64,000 nt of DNA from positions 11,907-75,906 of the forward strand of contig CAZSKP010000002.1 of assembly GCA_964607485.1 (NCBI GenBank), written 5' to 3'. Under the pieces are notes generated by a model that did not search any database, was not told the origin of the DNA, and saw nothing but the letters and a program-made list of their open reading frames with translations. The translations under genes were made by a program, and so were the position numbers. The DNA is from an uncultured bacterium (GTDB taxonomy: Bacteria > Abyssobacteria > SURF-5). Shown here in pieces: positions 1 to 8,419 of the stretch. Every line of letters begins with the position of its first letter. Position 1 is the stretch's first letter.

Positions 1-220
1 ATATGCGACAAATAAAGAGATTATAGTAAATAATTAGGTGTCTGTCCCTATATTCTAAAGCTTTATCGCAATGGTCGAGCGCATGACAGGCCGTTCCGTG
101 AAGCTGAAGAAGTCGGGCCGACCACGTAATATGCGACAAATAAAGAGATTATAGTAAATAATTAGGTGTCTGTCCCTATATTCAGGTGTCTGTCTATATT
201 CTCTATATTCTTGTCCCTAT
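1..220 (+). repeat. 128-bp-period direct duplication (1-55 = 129-183) followed by degenerate (AGGTG)TCTGTCCCTATATTC repeats
   Basis: ATATGCGACA...TGTCCCTATATTC (55 nt) occurs at 1-55 and 129-183, followed by AGGTGTCTGTCTATATATTC and TTGTCCCTATAT at 184-221. Confidence 0.85.
62..154 (+). pseudogene. Duplicated 3' fragment of a probable REP-associated (RAYT/IS200-like) transposase gene
   Basis: Translates as FIAMVERMTGRSVKLKKSGRPRNMRQIKRL*, resembling the 'F..LE..LGR....K.GRP' C-terminus of RAYT-type proteins. The same tail ends at 24-26, so the parent gene lies left of the window. Confidence 0.5.
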
Positions 221-259
221 ATAAACTCGCACGTCGATTCGTACCGGTCCCCTCAAACG

Positions 260-961
260 CTACCACAACCTGCGGGGGGCCGTGTAGCGTTGGCGCAGGT
301 TTTTGTTGTGCTCTTTCGAGCCGTCGAGGTTTGCGCTCTTGAAGAGCGGGGGCTCGACGCCGTTTTTGACCATCCACCTTACGGCCGCAATCGTGATTTC
401 GTTCATGATGTATGAGCCCGTTATGGTCGAGGTCGGCCCGACCGGAATGTCGCATCCTTCCAGAGCTATGGCGGCGTCGCCGGGATCGCCCAGGTTGTCG
501 ATGATGACGTCCGCAAGCTCGAACAGTCTTTTGCCGCTTGAGTGTCTGGACGTGACCGATGTGGAGTGCGAGAGCGACGTGATGGCAATGACCCTGAGCC
601 CGCTCTCCTTTGCGACGGTCGCGACCTCGATGGGAAGCGGGTTCCTGCCGGAATTGGAAATCACGATCATCGAATCATGTTTGCCGAGGCGCACGGGTTT
701 CATCAGCGCCCGACCGTAGCCTTCGACCTGTTCGGCCAGTCCCCTGAGCGGGTCGATTATCGCGCAGACCGCCGCCAGCCCGCCCGCGCGGCCGTGGGCC
801 TCATACGCGACCGCCGCCGAATGACCGCTGCCGAACGTATGCACGATGCCTCCGTCTCTTATCGTCTCGCCCACGATGGTCCCGGCCCGGGCGATGGCGT
901 CGGCCTGGGTCGAACGAATTTCGGAAAGAAGCGCGATGACTTTGTCGTGATAAGAGTTCAT
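260..961 (-). CDS. SIS (sugar isomerase) domain protein
   Basis: FGSGHS, ISNSGRNP, AITS and GPTSTITG motifs; start at MNSYHDK. Confidence 0.85.
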   Translation of the reverse strand: MNSYHDKVIALLSEIRSTQADAIARAGTIVGETIRDGGIVHTFGSGHSAAVAYEAHGRAGGLAAVCAIIDPLRGLAEQVEGYGRALMKPVRLGKHDSMIVISNSGRNPLPIEVATVAKESGLRVIAITSLSHSTSVTSRHSSGKRLFELADVIIDNLGDPGDAAIALEGCDIPVGPTSTITGSYIMNEITIAAVRWMVKNGVEPPLFKSANLDGSKEHNKNLRQRYTAPRRLW

Positions 962-991
962 GTTCGTTCGTTCTCCTGAGAGTCTCAAACG

Positions 992-1969
992 TTACCCGCT
1001 CGAACTGCTTTTATTCAGATTTTCGATTACCTCTGAGTCTATCCGCACGCCTATCGATTCGAGTGCGATGATGACGGCGCCCGTCACGGGCTGAAACGCA
1101 GGCGCGAACACGTCGGCACGAGGCCGAATCTTCTTCACTTCCGAAGTCACGGTGGCCGTCATGACGCTTTCCTCGCGGAGGATGCCGCCGCTGAGCGCGA
1201 CCGGAAAACGCTCGCGCGCGCCGAACAATCCCAGCAGAACGGGCGAGGCAAGCTGCGCCAACCGCACTCCGCCGGTTCGAAGAATCTCGGCGGCGACCTC
1301 GTCGCCCGCCTGCGCCGCAGTGAACACATGCCTGGCAAGCGCCGCGAGTTTGTGACGCTTGATCGGAGGGGCGTAGAGACGCTTCTTGAGCTCCTGCACG
1401 TCGCCGAGCTTGAAGTGCGAGAGCATCAGCTCGGTGAGCATCGTCTCGCCGCCTCTTCCTTCGGAGGCTCTGACGACTGCGGCGAGCGCGTCCCTCGCGA
1501 GGTCGTATCCGCTTCCTTCATCCCCGACGAGCGGACCCCATCCGCCCGCGTACTCCTCCGCTCCTTCGGCGTTGCGGCCCTTGCAGAAGGAGCCCGTGCC
1601 GGACATTATCACGACGCCGTGACGGCCTTCCGTTCCGGGAAGTGCCGCCGCGAGAGCTATCTCGAATTCATCGGCGGCGATCACGTTCTCCGTTCCGGCG
1701 TGACGGGCGACGACGGCGAGCGTGGTCGGAGGCAGGTGTGGGCCCGCGACCACCGCCGCCTCAACTTTGTGGTCGAACGACTTCAGCGCTCGGGCCAGGG
1801 CGCGCTCGACCGCGGACTGTGCGGACTTGGAGGAGACGAAATTCTTATTTGCGGGACCGCCGCATCCGACAGAGAGGATGCGGCCGCGCTCATCGGCGAG
1901 CCGGCATCGCGTGTGGGTTCCCCCTGCGTCTATTCCCAGGACGTGGCGCATGCGGGCCTTTTCCGGCAT
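992..1969 (-). CDS. BadF/BadG/BcrA/BcrD-type ATPase, N-acetylhexosamine kinase-like
   Basis: LGIDAGGTHT, SGTGS and GGWGPLVGDEGSG motifs; adjacent to the SIS gene. Confidence 0.85.
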   Translation of the reverse strand: MPEKARMRHVLGIDAGGTHTRCRLADERGRILSVGCGGPANKNFVSSKSAQSAVERALARALKSFDHKVEAAVVAGPHLPPTTLAVVARHAGTENVIAADEFEIALAAALPGTEGRHGVVIMSGTGSFCKGRNAEGAEEYAGGWGPLVGDEGSGYDLARDALAAVVRASEGRGGETMLTELMLSHFKLGDVQELKKRLYAPPIKRHKLAALARHVFTAAQAGDEVAAEILRTGGVRLAQLASPVLLGLFGARERFPVALSGGILREESVMTATVTSEVKKIRPRADVFAPAFQPVTGAVIIALESIGVRIDSEVIENLNKSSSSG

Positions 1970-2057
1970 ATTGCCCGGAGCTAAGAATCATGCAAGTGTC
2001 TGCAAAAAAAGTATGTTAGGCACGGGCCGCTGTCCGAAATCGGTCCGTTTCGCCGGT

Positions 2058-2086
2058 TTGACAAAAACCTTAAGCAGTGGTATAAT
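2058..2086 (+). promoter_or_regulatory. Consensus sigma70 promoter for the 2161 gene
   Basis: TTGACA (2058-2063), 17-nt spacer, TATAAT (2081-2086), with TG of an extended -10. Confidence 0.8.
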
Positions 2087-2160
2087 TTTAACGGAGTATT
2101 GACCTTAGCTATATCTTTTGGCACTGGCTCAATATGGGTGTCTAAGTTCGGGGTCATTCT

Positions 2161-2871
2161 GTGGGTATCCGATTAAACGTAGTGGACAATCAGACGCTTC
2201 GTATGAGGCTCGACGTGGGCGAGCCCGCGGCGCAGCCCGTAGCGTTGCCCGTGAATCAGGCTGCGGTCACCGTCGCAGGACAGCAGACTCGGGCCATGCG
2301 TCGGCTCGATCTCCAGGTAGCGACGCAAGGCCAAGCCGCTGCGCCGCCCCCGACTCCAGACGCCGCCAATACGACAGACGGCCCCTCCATGGCGGCCCTC
2401 ACGCGCGGGGCAGCCGAGACCCCAACGGCTGCAGCTCCGACGGTTGCCGAGGCAGAGGCGCAGACAAACGCTGCGCAACAGAACCAAGGAGCGCCGGTCC
2501 CACGGGTCCGGAACTTCCGCTTCCTGACAGTTGCCGAATCGGTGCACGAACACGATCTTGAAGTCCGTTATGGCCGGCTCGAGCGCAGGCTCGAGACCGT
2601 CAACAATCGTCTGCAACTTGCGAATTCTTTAATGGCGCAGATCGATGCGCGGCTTGAGCGCGCCCGCCTGGAGCAAGACCTCGACTCGGTCACAAGCGAG
2701 ATAAGACGGCTCCGGCTGGAGCGTGTCTTCGACAGACCCTCTGCTCCTCCTGCGGCCGCCGAGCGCGCAGCGTCGGTCGAACAAACGGCCCAACCCGCGA
2801 GAGACGTTGCACCGGCGCCCCAGTCCGCCGCCCCTTCCGAACGCGCGCCCGTCCTCAACCTGCTCGCCTAA
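2161..2871 (+). CDS. Hypothetical protein (Ala/Pro-rich linkers, coiled-coil segment)
   Basis: 236-aa ORF, GTG start, directly behind a perfect promoter; heptad-like segment RLERRLETVNNRLQ...EIRRLRLER. Confidence 0.7.
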   Translation: MGIRLNVVDNQTLRMRLDVGEPAAQPVALPVNQAAVTVAGQQTRAMRRLDLQVATQGQAAAPPPTPDAANTTDGPSMAALTRGAAETPTAAAPTVAEAEAQTNAAQQNQGAPVPRVRNFRFLTVAESVHEHDLEVRYGRLERRLETVNNRLQLANSLMAQIDARLERARLEQDLDSVTSEIRRLRLERVFDRPSAPPAAAERAASVEQTAQPARDVAPAPQSAAPSERAPVLNLLA

Positions 2872-2952
2872 TCTGGCACGAACGCCGTACCATCAAAATC
2901 ATTAAAGGGCGCGTTGCCGAAAAAACGTTCCCCTTGGCAATTTTATCAGAAA

Positions 2953-3061
2953 TGTCATTCTGAGGAGTGAAGGGTCGCAGACCCGAGCAACGAAGAATCT
3001 CCCCTTTTCGGGCGAGTTTACGCTTGTCATCAAGGGATTCTTCGCTTCGCTCAGAATGACA
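2953..3061. repeat. Palindromic intergenic repeat, TGTCATTCTGAG...CTCAGAATGACA family (copy 1)
   Basis: Terminal 12-bp inverted repeat plus inner CGAAGAATC/GATTCTTCG stem; close homolog at 22231-22363. Confidence 0.85.
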
Positions 3062-3572
3062 CGTAGGCACTTGCCTCTAGAGGGCAGCAGGCCACAAACA
3101 GCCGATTGTTCAGTGTTACGGCGAAGTGTAGTCTATCCAAGCGGAGAGTAATTGTCAAATGCGGATTCTCTGAGAGGTTCGCGCGTTTTTTCTCCCTCTG
3201 CAAGAAGAAAGAAAAAAGGCTTTCGGAAGGAAAGTCGCAAAAAACAAAAGGGAACCTGCCCCGTATCAATCTTTTTCGGTCGGTCCAGCGTCCGCTTTTC
3301 TCCGACGTCCCCGCGGGGTGAGCAATGTGCACCCCAGCGGCCTTTACAAGTCAACGGGGCAGATTCGCCTTTTGCCTTAGGAGGGGATTAGGACGAATAA
3401 GAACGTGGGCGGGCGGTAACCCATGTCCCATTTTTTCAATTGCCCTCTCAAAACGCTTGTCTCCCAGCAAGTGTTTTTGAATGGGTAGCCGCCTGCCCAT
3501 AAATAACCTTGACTCTTCCCCTCATCAGGACTTTTACACGGGATGCTAAATACGATTCACTTTCTGAAAGGG

Positions 3573-3588
3573 AGCAAGCTATGTGCCA
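3573..3588 (-). promoter_or_regulatory. sigma54 (-24/-12) promoter
   Basis: Minus strand reads TGGCAC-ATAGC-TTGCT, matching TGGCAC-N5-TTGCW exactly; lies 258 nt past the stop codon of a sigma54 activator gene. Confidence 0.75.
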
Positions 3589-3715
3589 AACGATGGCTGG
3601 CCTAGTCATCATCTTGCCATAACCCTTGTGAGAATAGGAGGATACCACAATCGACCAGCGGAGGCAGACGCGGTGAGCACCAGCAAGTTTGCGCGGGAAT
3701 CGGCAGGAAAGCGGA

Positions 3716-3808
3716 ACGATGTGTTACACTGCCCCTTTCGGTAGGACGGTTAACCTATTCTAAAACAATAGCTTACGACATTGGGGGCAGATGTCACGAT
3801 ACGTTACA
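3716..3808. promoter_or_regulatory. Putative enhancer (UAS) pair and IHF-like site for the sigma54 promoter
   Basis: ACGATnnGTTACA occurs at 3716-3728 and 3796-3808; the second sits in a near-palindrome TGTCACG-ATA-CGTTACA (3792-3808); AT-rich TAAGCTATTGTTTT (minus strand) lies between them. Confidence 0.5.
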
Positions 3809-3845
3809 TTCAGCCTTGAGAGAATAGGGTCCTGGAGGACACGTG

Positions 3846-5228
3846 CTACGTGGCGCTCCTGCGCCTCGCGTAGGTGGTGTTATCGGGAATGCGGTACTTC
3901 ATCATCTTTCGATACAGTTTCGGCCGGCTGATGCCGAGTATGCGGGCCGCTCTTGTTTTGTTGCCGCCCTCGGCCTCCAACACGAGTTGAATGTGGCGTC
4001 TTTCCACCTCGTTCAGCGAGAGCGACGTGAGCGGCTGGCCCTCGGGTTCGGAGCTCACCTCGTGGAGAGCGGGTATTTCGCGCACGGTGATGAGGTTATT
4101 GTTCGCGAGAATCGTGGCGCGTTCGATAACGTTAGAGAGTTCGCGCACATTTCCCGGCCAGTGGTATCCTTCCAAGGCTTCGAGCACTCCGGTTGTCACT
4201 CGAATCTTGTCGGCGTTCGAATAGGGAGAGGACCTGATGAAATGGTCGACGAGAAGGGGGATATCCTCTTTCCTCTCGCGAAGGGGCGGAAGCGAGATGC
4301 GCATCACGTTAATCCGGTAGAACAGGTCTTCGCGAAACCTGCCTTCCGCCGTTTCCTCGCGCAGCTTCTTGTTCGTGGCGCATATGACGCGCACATCGAC
4401 TTCGATTTCCTTGATGTCACCCACATGCCGGAATCGGCCCGTCTCCAGCACACGAAGCAGCTTCACCTGCATGCCCGGGCTCATCTCGCTGATTTCATCG
4501 ATGAAGAGAGTGCCGGAGTCGGCTATTTCGAACAAACCGCTCTTCCGCTTCACGGCCCCGGTGAAGGCGCCCTTCTCGTGGCCGAACAGCTCGCTTTCCA
4601 GCAAGGTCTCGGGAACAGCGCCACAGTTTATCACCACGAAGGAGTTGTTCCTTCTGGTGCTGTTCTGGTGGATGGCGTTGGCGACGATTTCCTTGCCCGT
4701 GCCGCTTTCGCCCTCGATGAGCACCGTGGATTCCGTCGGCGCCACGCGTGCGATGAGCTCTTTGACCTCTTGCATGGCAGGGCTTTCGCCGACGAGGTTT
4801 ACCGTGCCCGCCCTGAGCTGAAGCTCATGATGCCTGTTGACCTTTTCGGTGAGCTGTTTCTTCTCATAGGCTTTTTGGACAACCACCTGCAGCTCCGAGA
4901 GCTGACACGGCTTTGTGAGAAAATCGTATGCGCCGAGCTTCATCGCCTCGATGGCCACATCGACCGTCGCCTGGCCCGTCAGGAAGATGATTTCAGCGTG
5001 CGGCTGATACTCCCTGACCTTCTTGAACAGCTCGATTCCGTCCATGCCAGGCATGCGGAGGTCGAGTATCCCGACGTCGAACGGCTCCGCCTTTATTCTC
5101 CCCAGCGCCGCGTCGCCCGTGGCTGCGAGCGTCACGGCGGCGCCGGCCATGCCGAAGCGTTCGCTGAGCAGGTTTCGGTAGGCCTCTTCGTCATCGACTA
5201 TCAGGAGTCTTATGGGCTTTTTTTTCAT
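3846..5228 (-). CDS. sigma54-dependent response regulator (NtrC/AtoC family; REC-AAA+-Fis HTH)
   Basis: REC (LIVDDE, ILDLRMPGMDG), GESGTGKE, ESELFGHEKGAFTGA, WPGNVREL, GNKTRAARILGISR; true start MKKKPIRLL at 5228. Confidence 0.95.
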   Translation of the reverse strand: MKKKPIRLLIVDDEEAYRNLLSERFGMAGAAVTLAATGDAALGRIKAEPFDVGILDLRMPGMDGIELFKKVREYQPHAEIIFLTGQATVDVAIEAMKLGAYDFLTKPCQLSELQVVVQKAYEKKQLTEKVNRHHELQLRAGTVNLVGESPAMQEVKELIARVAPTESTVLIEGESGTGKEIVANAIHQNSTRRNNSFVVINCGAVPETLLESELFGHEKGAFTGAVKRKSGLFEIADSGTLFIDEISEMSPGMQVKLLRVLETGRFRHVGDIKEIEVDVRVICATNKKLREETAEGRFREDLFYRINVMRISLPPLRERKEDIPLLVDHFIRSSPYSNADKIRVTTGVLEALEGYHWPGNVRELSNVIERATILANNNLITVREIPALHEVSSEPEGQPLTSLSLNEVERRHIQLVLEAEGGNKTRAARILGISRPKLYRKMMKYRIPDNTTYARRRSAT

Positions 5229-6763
5229 TTTTCCGAACGCTTTTTCTGCCTCAGGGGCAGCCGTACCATGAAGGTCGTTCCGGCGCCGGGTTTGCTGTCG
5301 GCGGAGATCGTGCCGTTCATCCGCTGTATTATGCCAAAGCAGATCGAAAGTCCCAGTCCGGTGCCTTTTCCTATTGGCTTGGTCGTAAAGAACGGGTCGA
5401 ATATCTTCTCGAGGTTCTGCTCGGAAATTCCCGGGCCGTCGTCGATGAACTCGATCACGACCCAATTGTCCTTGGCCCGCGCCCTGATGGTCACGGTCCC
5501 GTTTGCATCGACGGCGTCGAGCCCGTTATTGACGAGGTTGAGAAATACCTGTTCGAGCTGGTGGGGGTCGGCGTCGAGCTCCGGAAGGCCGGAAGGAAGC
5601 TGTACCTCAACCTTCTTGCCCTCAGAGAGGGCGCGGTTTTCCACCAACGCAACGGTTTCCCCGATCAGTTTTGTGAGGTTCACTTCGGTCGTCCGAATTT
5701 CGCTCTTGCGGGCGAAGTTCAGCAATCCCTGCGTTATCTTCTTGCATCGGGCCGCCTGTTCACGAATTGTATCGACGTGCTTGGAGAGCCTCTCCGACAA
5801 CTGTTCTGGATTTTCGGAGTAGTGCTCCATGAGAAATTGCAATTGCTCCGCCGTGCCGCTGATTATGCCGACCGGGTTGTTTATCTCGTGAGCCACACCC
5901 GCCGCAAGCTCCCCGATCGCGGCCATCTTGCTTGCCTGGAGCAACTGCGATTCCATCCGGTTTCTCTCGGTGATGTCCCGCGCGATTCCGAGCACGCCGA
6001 CCACCTCTTCACCTTTCCGAATGGGGGTAATGTTGATGAGCACCTCGACGAGCCGTCCGTCCATGGCGACGATTGCCGATTCATAACGTCGAGGGTGACC
6101 ATCGAGAGCCTTGCGGAAATGTCTTTCGTTCTTCTCGAGGTCGTCCTGGACGACATATTCGGAATAATGCCCTCTCTCTTCGGGGTCGAACCGGTAGCCT
6201 GTTATTTCCTGGCCCATCTTGTTGAGAAACGTGATGAATCCCTCCGCGTCGAGCATATAGATGATGTCGTTCGCGTTGTCGATGAGGCTTTGGAGATACT
6301 CTTCGGTTTCAGCCACCTGCGATTCAAGCGCCCTTTTCTCCGTGATGTCGTTCATCACGGCGAGCACTCCCTTGACCTTGTCCTCCTCCAGGATGGGGAT
6401 TCCCTTGAGATTGAACACGATGTCGCGGCCGAGGCGGTCTTTGCGATTGATGTTGGTCAGCTCCTTCGAGCGCTTCTCGCGGATGACCTGTTTGAATCTC
6501 TTCTCCACTCCCAGACCGCTCAGGTCCGACATCAGTTCGAAGATGTTCTGGCCGATGAGTTCCTCCGGCTTCCACCCATAATGCTCGAGTATGTATCTAT
6601 TGACCCGGACGATAACGCCGGCGCAATCGAGCACGTACACGCCGACTTCGATCGAGTCGACGAATGCCTCGAACATGGCCGTAATCGACTCGACCGAGGG
6701 CGTCGTCAAAATCCTCTTTTGCTTGGGCACGGACCCTTTTTGCGATTTCAGCGGTTCAGCCAT
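5225..6763 (-). CDS. Cytoplasmic PAS-PAS sensor histidine kinase (NtrB-like)
   Basis: Two PAS/PAC repeats, GVAHEINNP H-box, NLVNNGLDA, DDGPG, FDPFFTTK, GTGLGL. Confidence 0.95.
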   Translation of the reverse strand: MAEPLKSQKGSVPKQKRILTTPSVESITAMFEAFVDSIEVGVYVLDCAGVIVRVNRYILEHYGWKPEELIGQNIFELMSDLSGLGVEKRFKQVIREKRSKELTNINRKDRLGRDIVFNLKGIPILEEDKVKGVLAVMNDITEKRALESQVAETEEYLQSLIDNANDIIYMLDAEGFITFLNKMGQEITGYRFDPEERGHYSEYVVQDDLEKNERHFRKALDGHPRRYESAIVAMDGRLVEVLINITPIRKGEEVVGVLGIARDITERNRMESQLLQASKMAAIGELAAGVAHEINNPVGIISGTAEQLQFLMEHYSENPEQLSERLSKHVDTIREQAARCKKITQGLLNFARKSEIRTTEVNLTKLIGETVALVENRALSEGKKVEVQLPSGLPELDADPHQLEQVFLNLVNNGLDAVDANGTVTIRARAKDNWVVIEFIDDGPGISEQNLEKIFDPFFTTKPIGKGTGLGLSICFGIIQRMNGTISADSKPGAGTTFMVRLPLRQKKRSEK

Positions 6764-6812
6764 CGTCCTTACGGTTTCGTTACAAAGGTGTGCGTCGGCG
6801 AGGCGCCAGAGC

Positions 6813-8030
6813 TTACTGCTTCTGAGCCTGCCGGCAGGGCAACGTGAAGATGAACCTGGCGCCGGCCCCTTTCCTGCTCTCCGCCCAAATCTCTCCGCCG
6901 TGCATGAGCACCAGCTTCTTGGAGATGGCCAGTCCGAGGCCGCTGCCAGCGCAGACCGACGCGGCCGGGTCGGCCACCCTGTAGAACTCCGAAAACACCT
7001 TCTTGCAGTCTTCGGGGGAGAGCCCCATGCCGGAGTCGGCGACGCAGACTCGTATCCAATCGTCGGATCGCTCGGCGGTCACCTCCACCTTGCCGCCGCT
7101 TGGGGTGAACTTGAACGCGTTCGACAACAGGTTTTCCAATATGGTCAAGAGTTTCTGCGGGTCGGCCGAGATGCGCGATGCCTCGGGCGCAACGCGGACC
7201 GAAACCTCCATGTTCTTGTCTCGCGCCGCCCTCTCAAACGAACCGGCCGCCGACTCGATGGCGTCTTTCAGGGAGAACTCGGTCGTTTCCAGAGCCACCT
7301 TGCCGGTATCTATCTTGAACACATCCACGATGTTGGCGATGAGCTTTTGCAGCTCGCGGCCGCTCTCGAGGACGTTGCCCACATACTTGGCCTGCCTCTC
7401 GTTCAGCGCGCCGACCAGTTCATCCTGGAGCATCTCGGAAAAACCTATGACCACGTTCAGCGGTGTCCGAAGCGCGTGGCTCATGTCCACGATGAATTCA
7501 TACTTCAAGTGGCTTGCCTGCATGAGCTGTGTGGACATCGACTTGAGGACGCGCTTTTGCACCTCGATCTTTTCGTTCGACTCGCGGGCGGTCCGCGATT
7601 CCTTGGCGAGCTCGTCGTGCAGCTTCTTGACCCGCAGCATCGACTTGACACGGGCGACCAGCTCGGATTTGTCCAGGGGACGGCTCAAGAAGTCGTCCGC
7701 TCCGACGGCGATCCCCTTGACGCGGCTCTCCATATCCTTCAGGGCGGTCACCATTATTATGGGAATCGACCGCGTTTCGGGCCTGCCCTTCACGTGCTTG
7801 CACACCTCGAAGCCGCTCTTCTTGGGAATCATGATGTCGAGCAATATGAGGTCCGGCTTTTCTCGCGACACCCGCTCCAGCGCTTCCTCGCCGTCGAGGG
7901 CGGAGTCGATTGAATAGCCCTCGTCGTGGAGCTGAGCCCTCATCAGCTCGATGTTCATCGGGTCGTCATCGACAATGAGGATGCGTGGCTGGTGGGAGAC
8001 CGAGCTTTCCTTGGCCATGTGTGAGCTCAA
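6813..8030 (-). CDS. Hybrid REC-histidine kinase
   Basis: N-terminal REC (ILIVDDD, LLDIMIP), MSHALRTPLN H-box, NLLSNAFKFT, GSGLGL; start TTG 8030 or ATG 8018. Confidence 0.92.
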   Translation of the reverse strand: MSSHMAKESSVSHQPRILIVDDDPMNIELMRAQLHDEGYSIDSALDGEEALERVSREKPDLILLDIMIPKKSGFEVCKHVKGRPETRSIPIIMVTALKDMESRVKGIAVGADDFLSRPLDKSELVARVKSMLRVKKLHDELAKESRTARESNEKIEVQKRVLKSMSTQLMQASHLKYEFIVDMSHALRTPLNVVIGFSEMLQDELVGALNERQAKYVGNVLESGRELQKLIANIVDVFKIDTGKVALETTEFSLKDAIESAAGSFERAARDKNMEVSVRVAPEASRISADPQKLLTILENLLSNAFKFTPSGGKVEVTAERSDDWIRVCVADSGMGLSPEDCKKVFSEFYRVADPAASVCAGSGLGLAISKKLVLMHGGEIWAESRKGAGARFIFTLPCRQAQKQ

Positions 8031-8419
8031 CCTTTCATGGTTTCGTCAATGAATTTTCCCACGGCTTTGGGGAACTCCCTCGTGTCAATGGGCTTGGAGA
8101 TGTAGCCCGTGCATCCATGTCCGAGGATCCGCTCTTCGTCGCCCTTCATGGCGTGTGCGGTCAGCGCGACGACGGGGATATGGGCCGTGTTGGGATTCTC
8201 CTTGAGCTTCTTCGTCACGGTGAGGCCGTCCATCCCCGGGAGTTGAACGTCCATCAGGATAAGGTCCAAACGCTCGCCGTTCGCAACATCGAGCGCTTCT
8301 TGTCCCGTCTTGGCTGTCAAGACCTCGTAGCCTCTGAGCTTGAGCAGGTCCACCGCCAACTCCAAATTCATGGCGTTGTCCTCGACGACAAGAATGCGTG
8401 CAGGTGCCATCTCAACCAT
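8027..8419 (-). CDS. Single-domain response regulator (DivK/CheY-like)
   Basis: ILVVEDN, LMDVQLPGMDG, ALTAHAMKGD, ISKPID; start 8419 or 8410. Confidence 0.92.
   Translation of the reverse strand: MVEMAPARILVVEDNAMNLELAVDLLKLRGYEVLTAKTGQEALDVANGERLDLILMDVQLPGMDGLTVTKKLKENPNTAHIPVVALTAHAMKGDEERILGHGCTGYISKPIDTREFPKAVGKFIDETMKG

Noticed and set aside
1-221. Direct repeats as a possible CRISPR array
   Set aside because: Only two 55-bp copies, the intervening sequence is a coding fragment, and there are no cas genes in the window
2118-2134. TTGGCAC at 2118 as a sigma54 promoter
   Set aside because: No TTGC at the -12 position; a perfect sigma70 promoter lies just upstream
2855-3070. Small ORFs with CHSERSEES / VILSAAKNL-like peptides (2855-3070, 22082-22438, 54039-54407, 54293-54493)
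   Set aside because: These are translations of the palindromic repeat family, not genes
3843-5822. Long + strand ORFs antisense to real genes (for example 3843-5822, 5561-6847, 6591-7913, 14783-16396, 43798-44991, 60738-62075)
   Set aside because: Shadow ORFs typical of GC-rich DNA; the opposite strand carries clear family motifs
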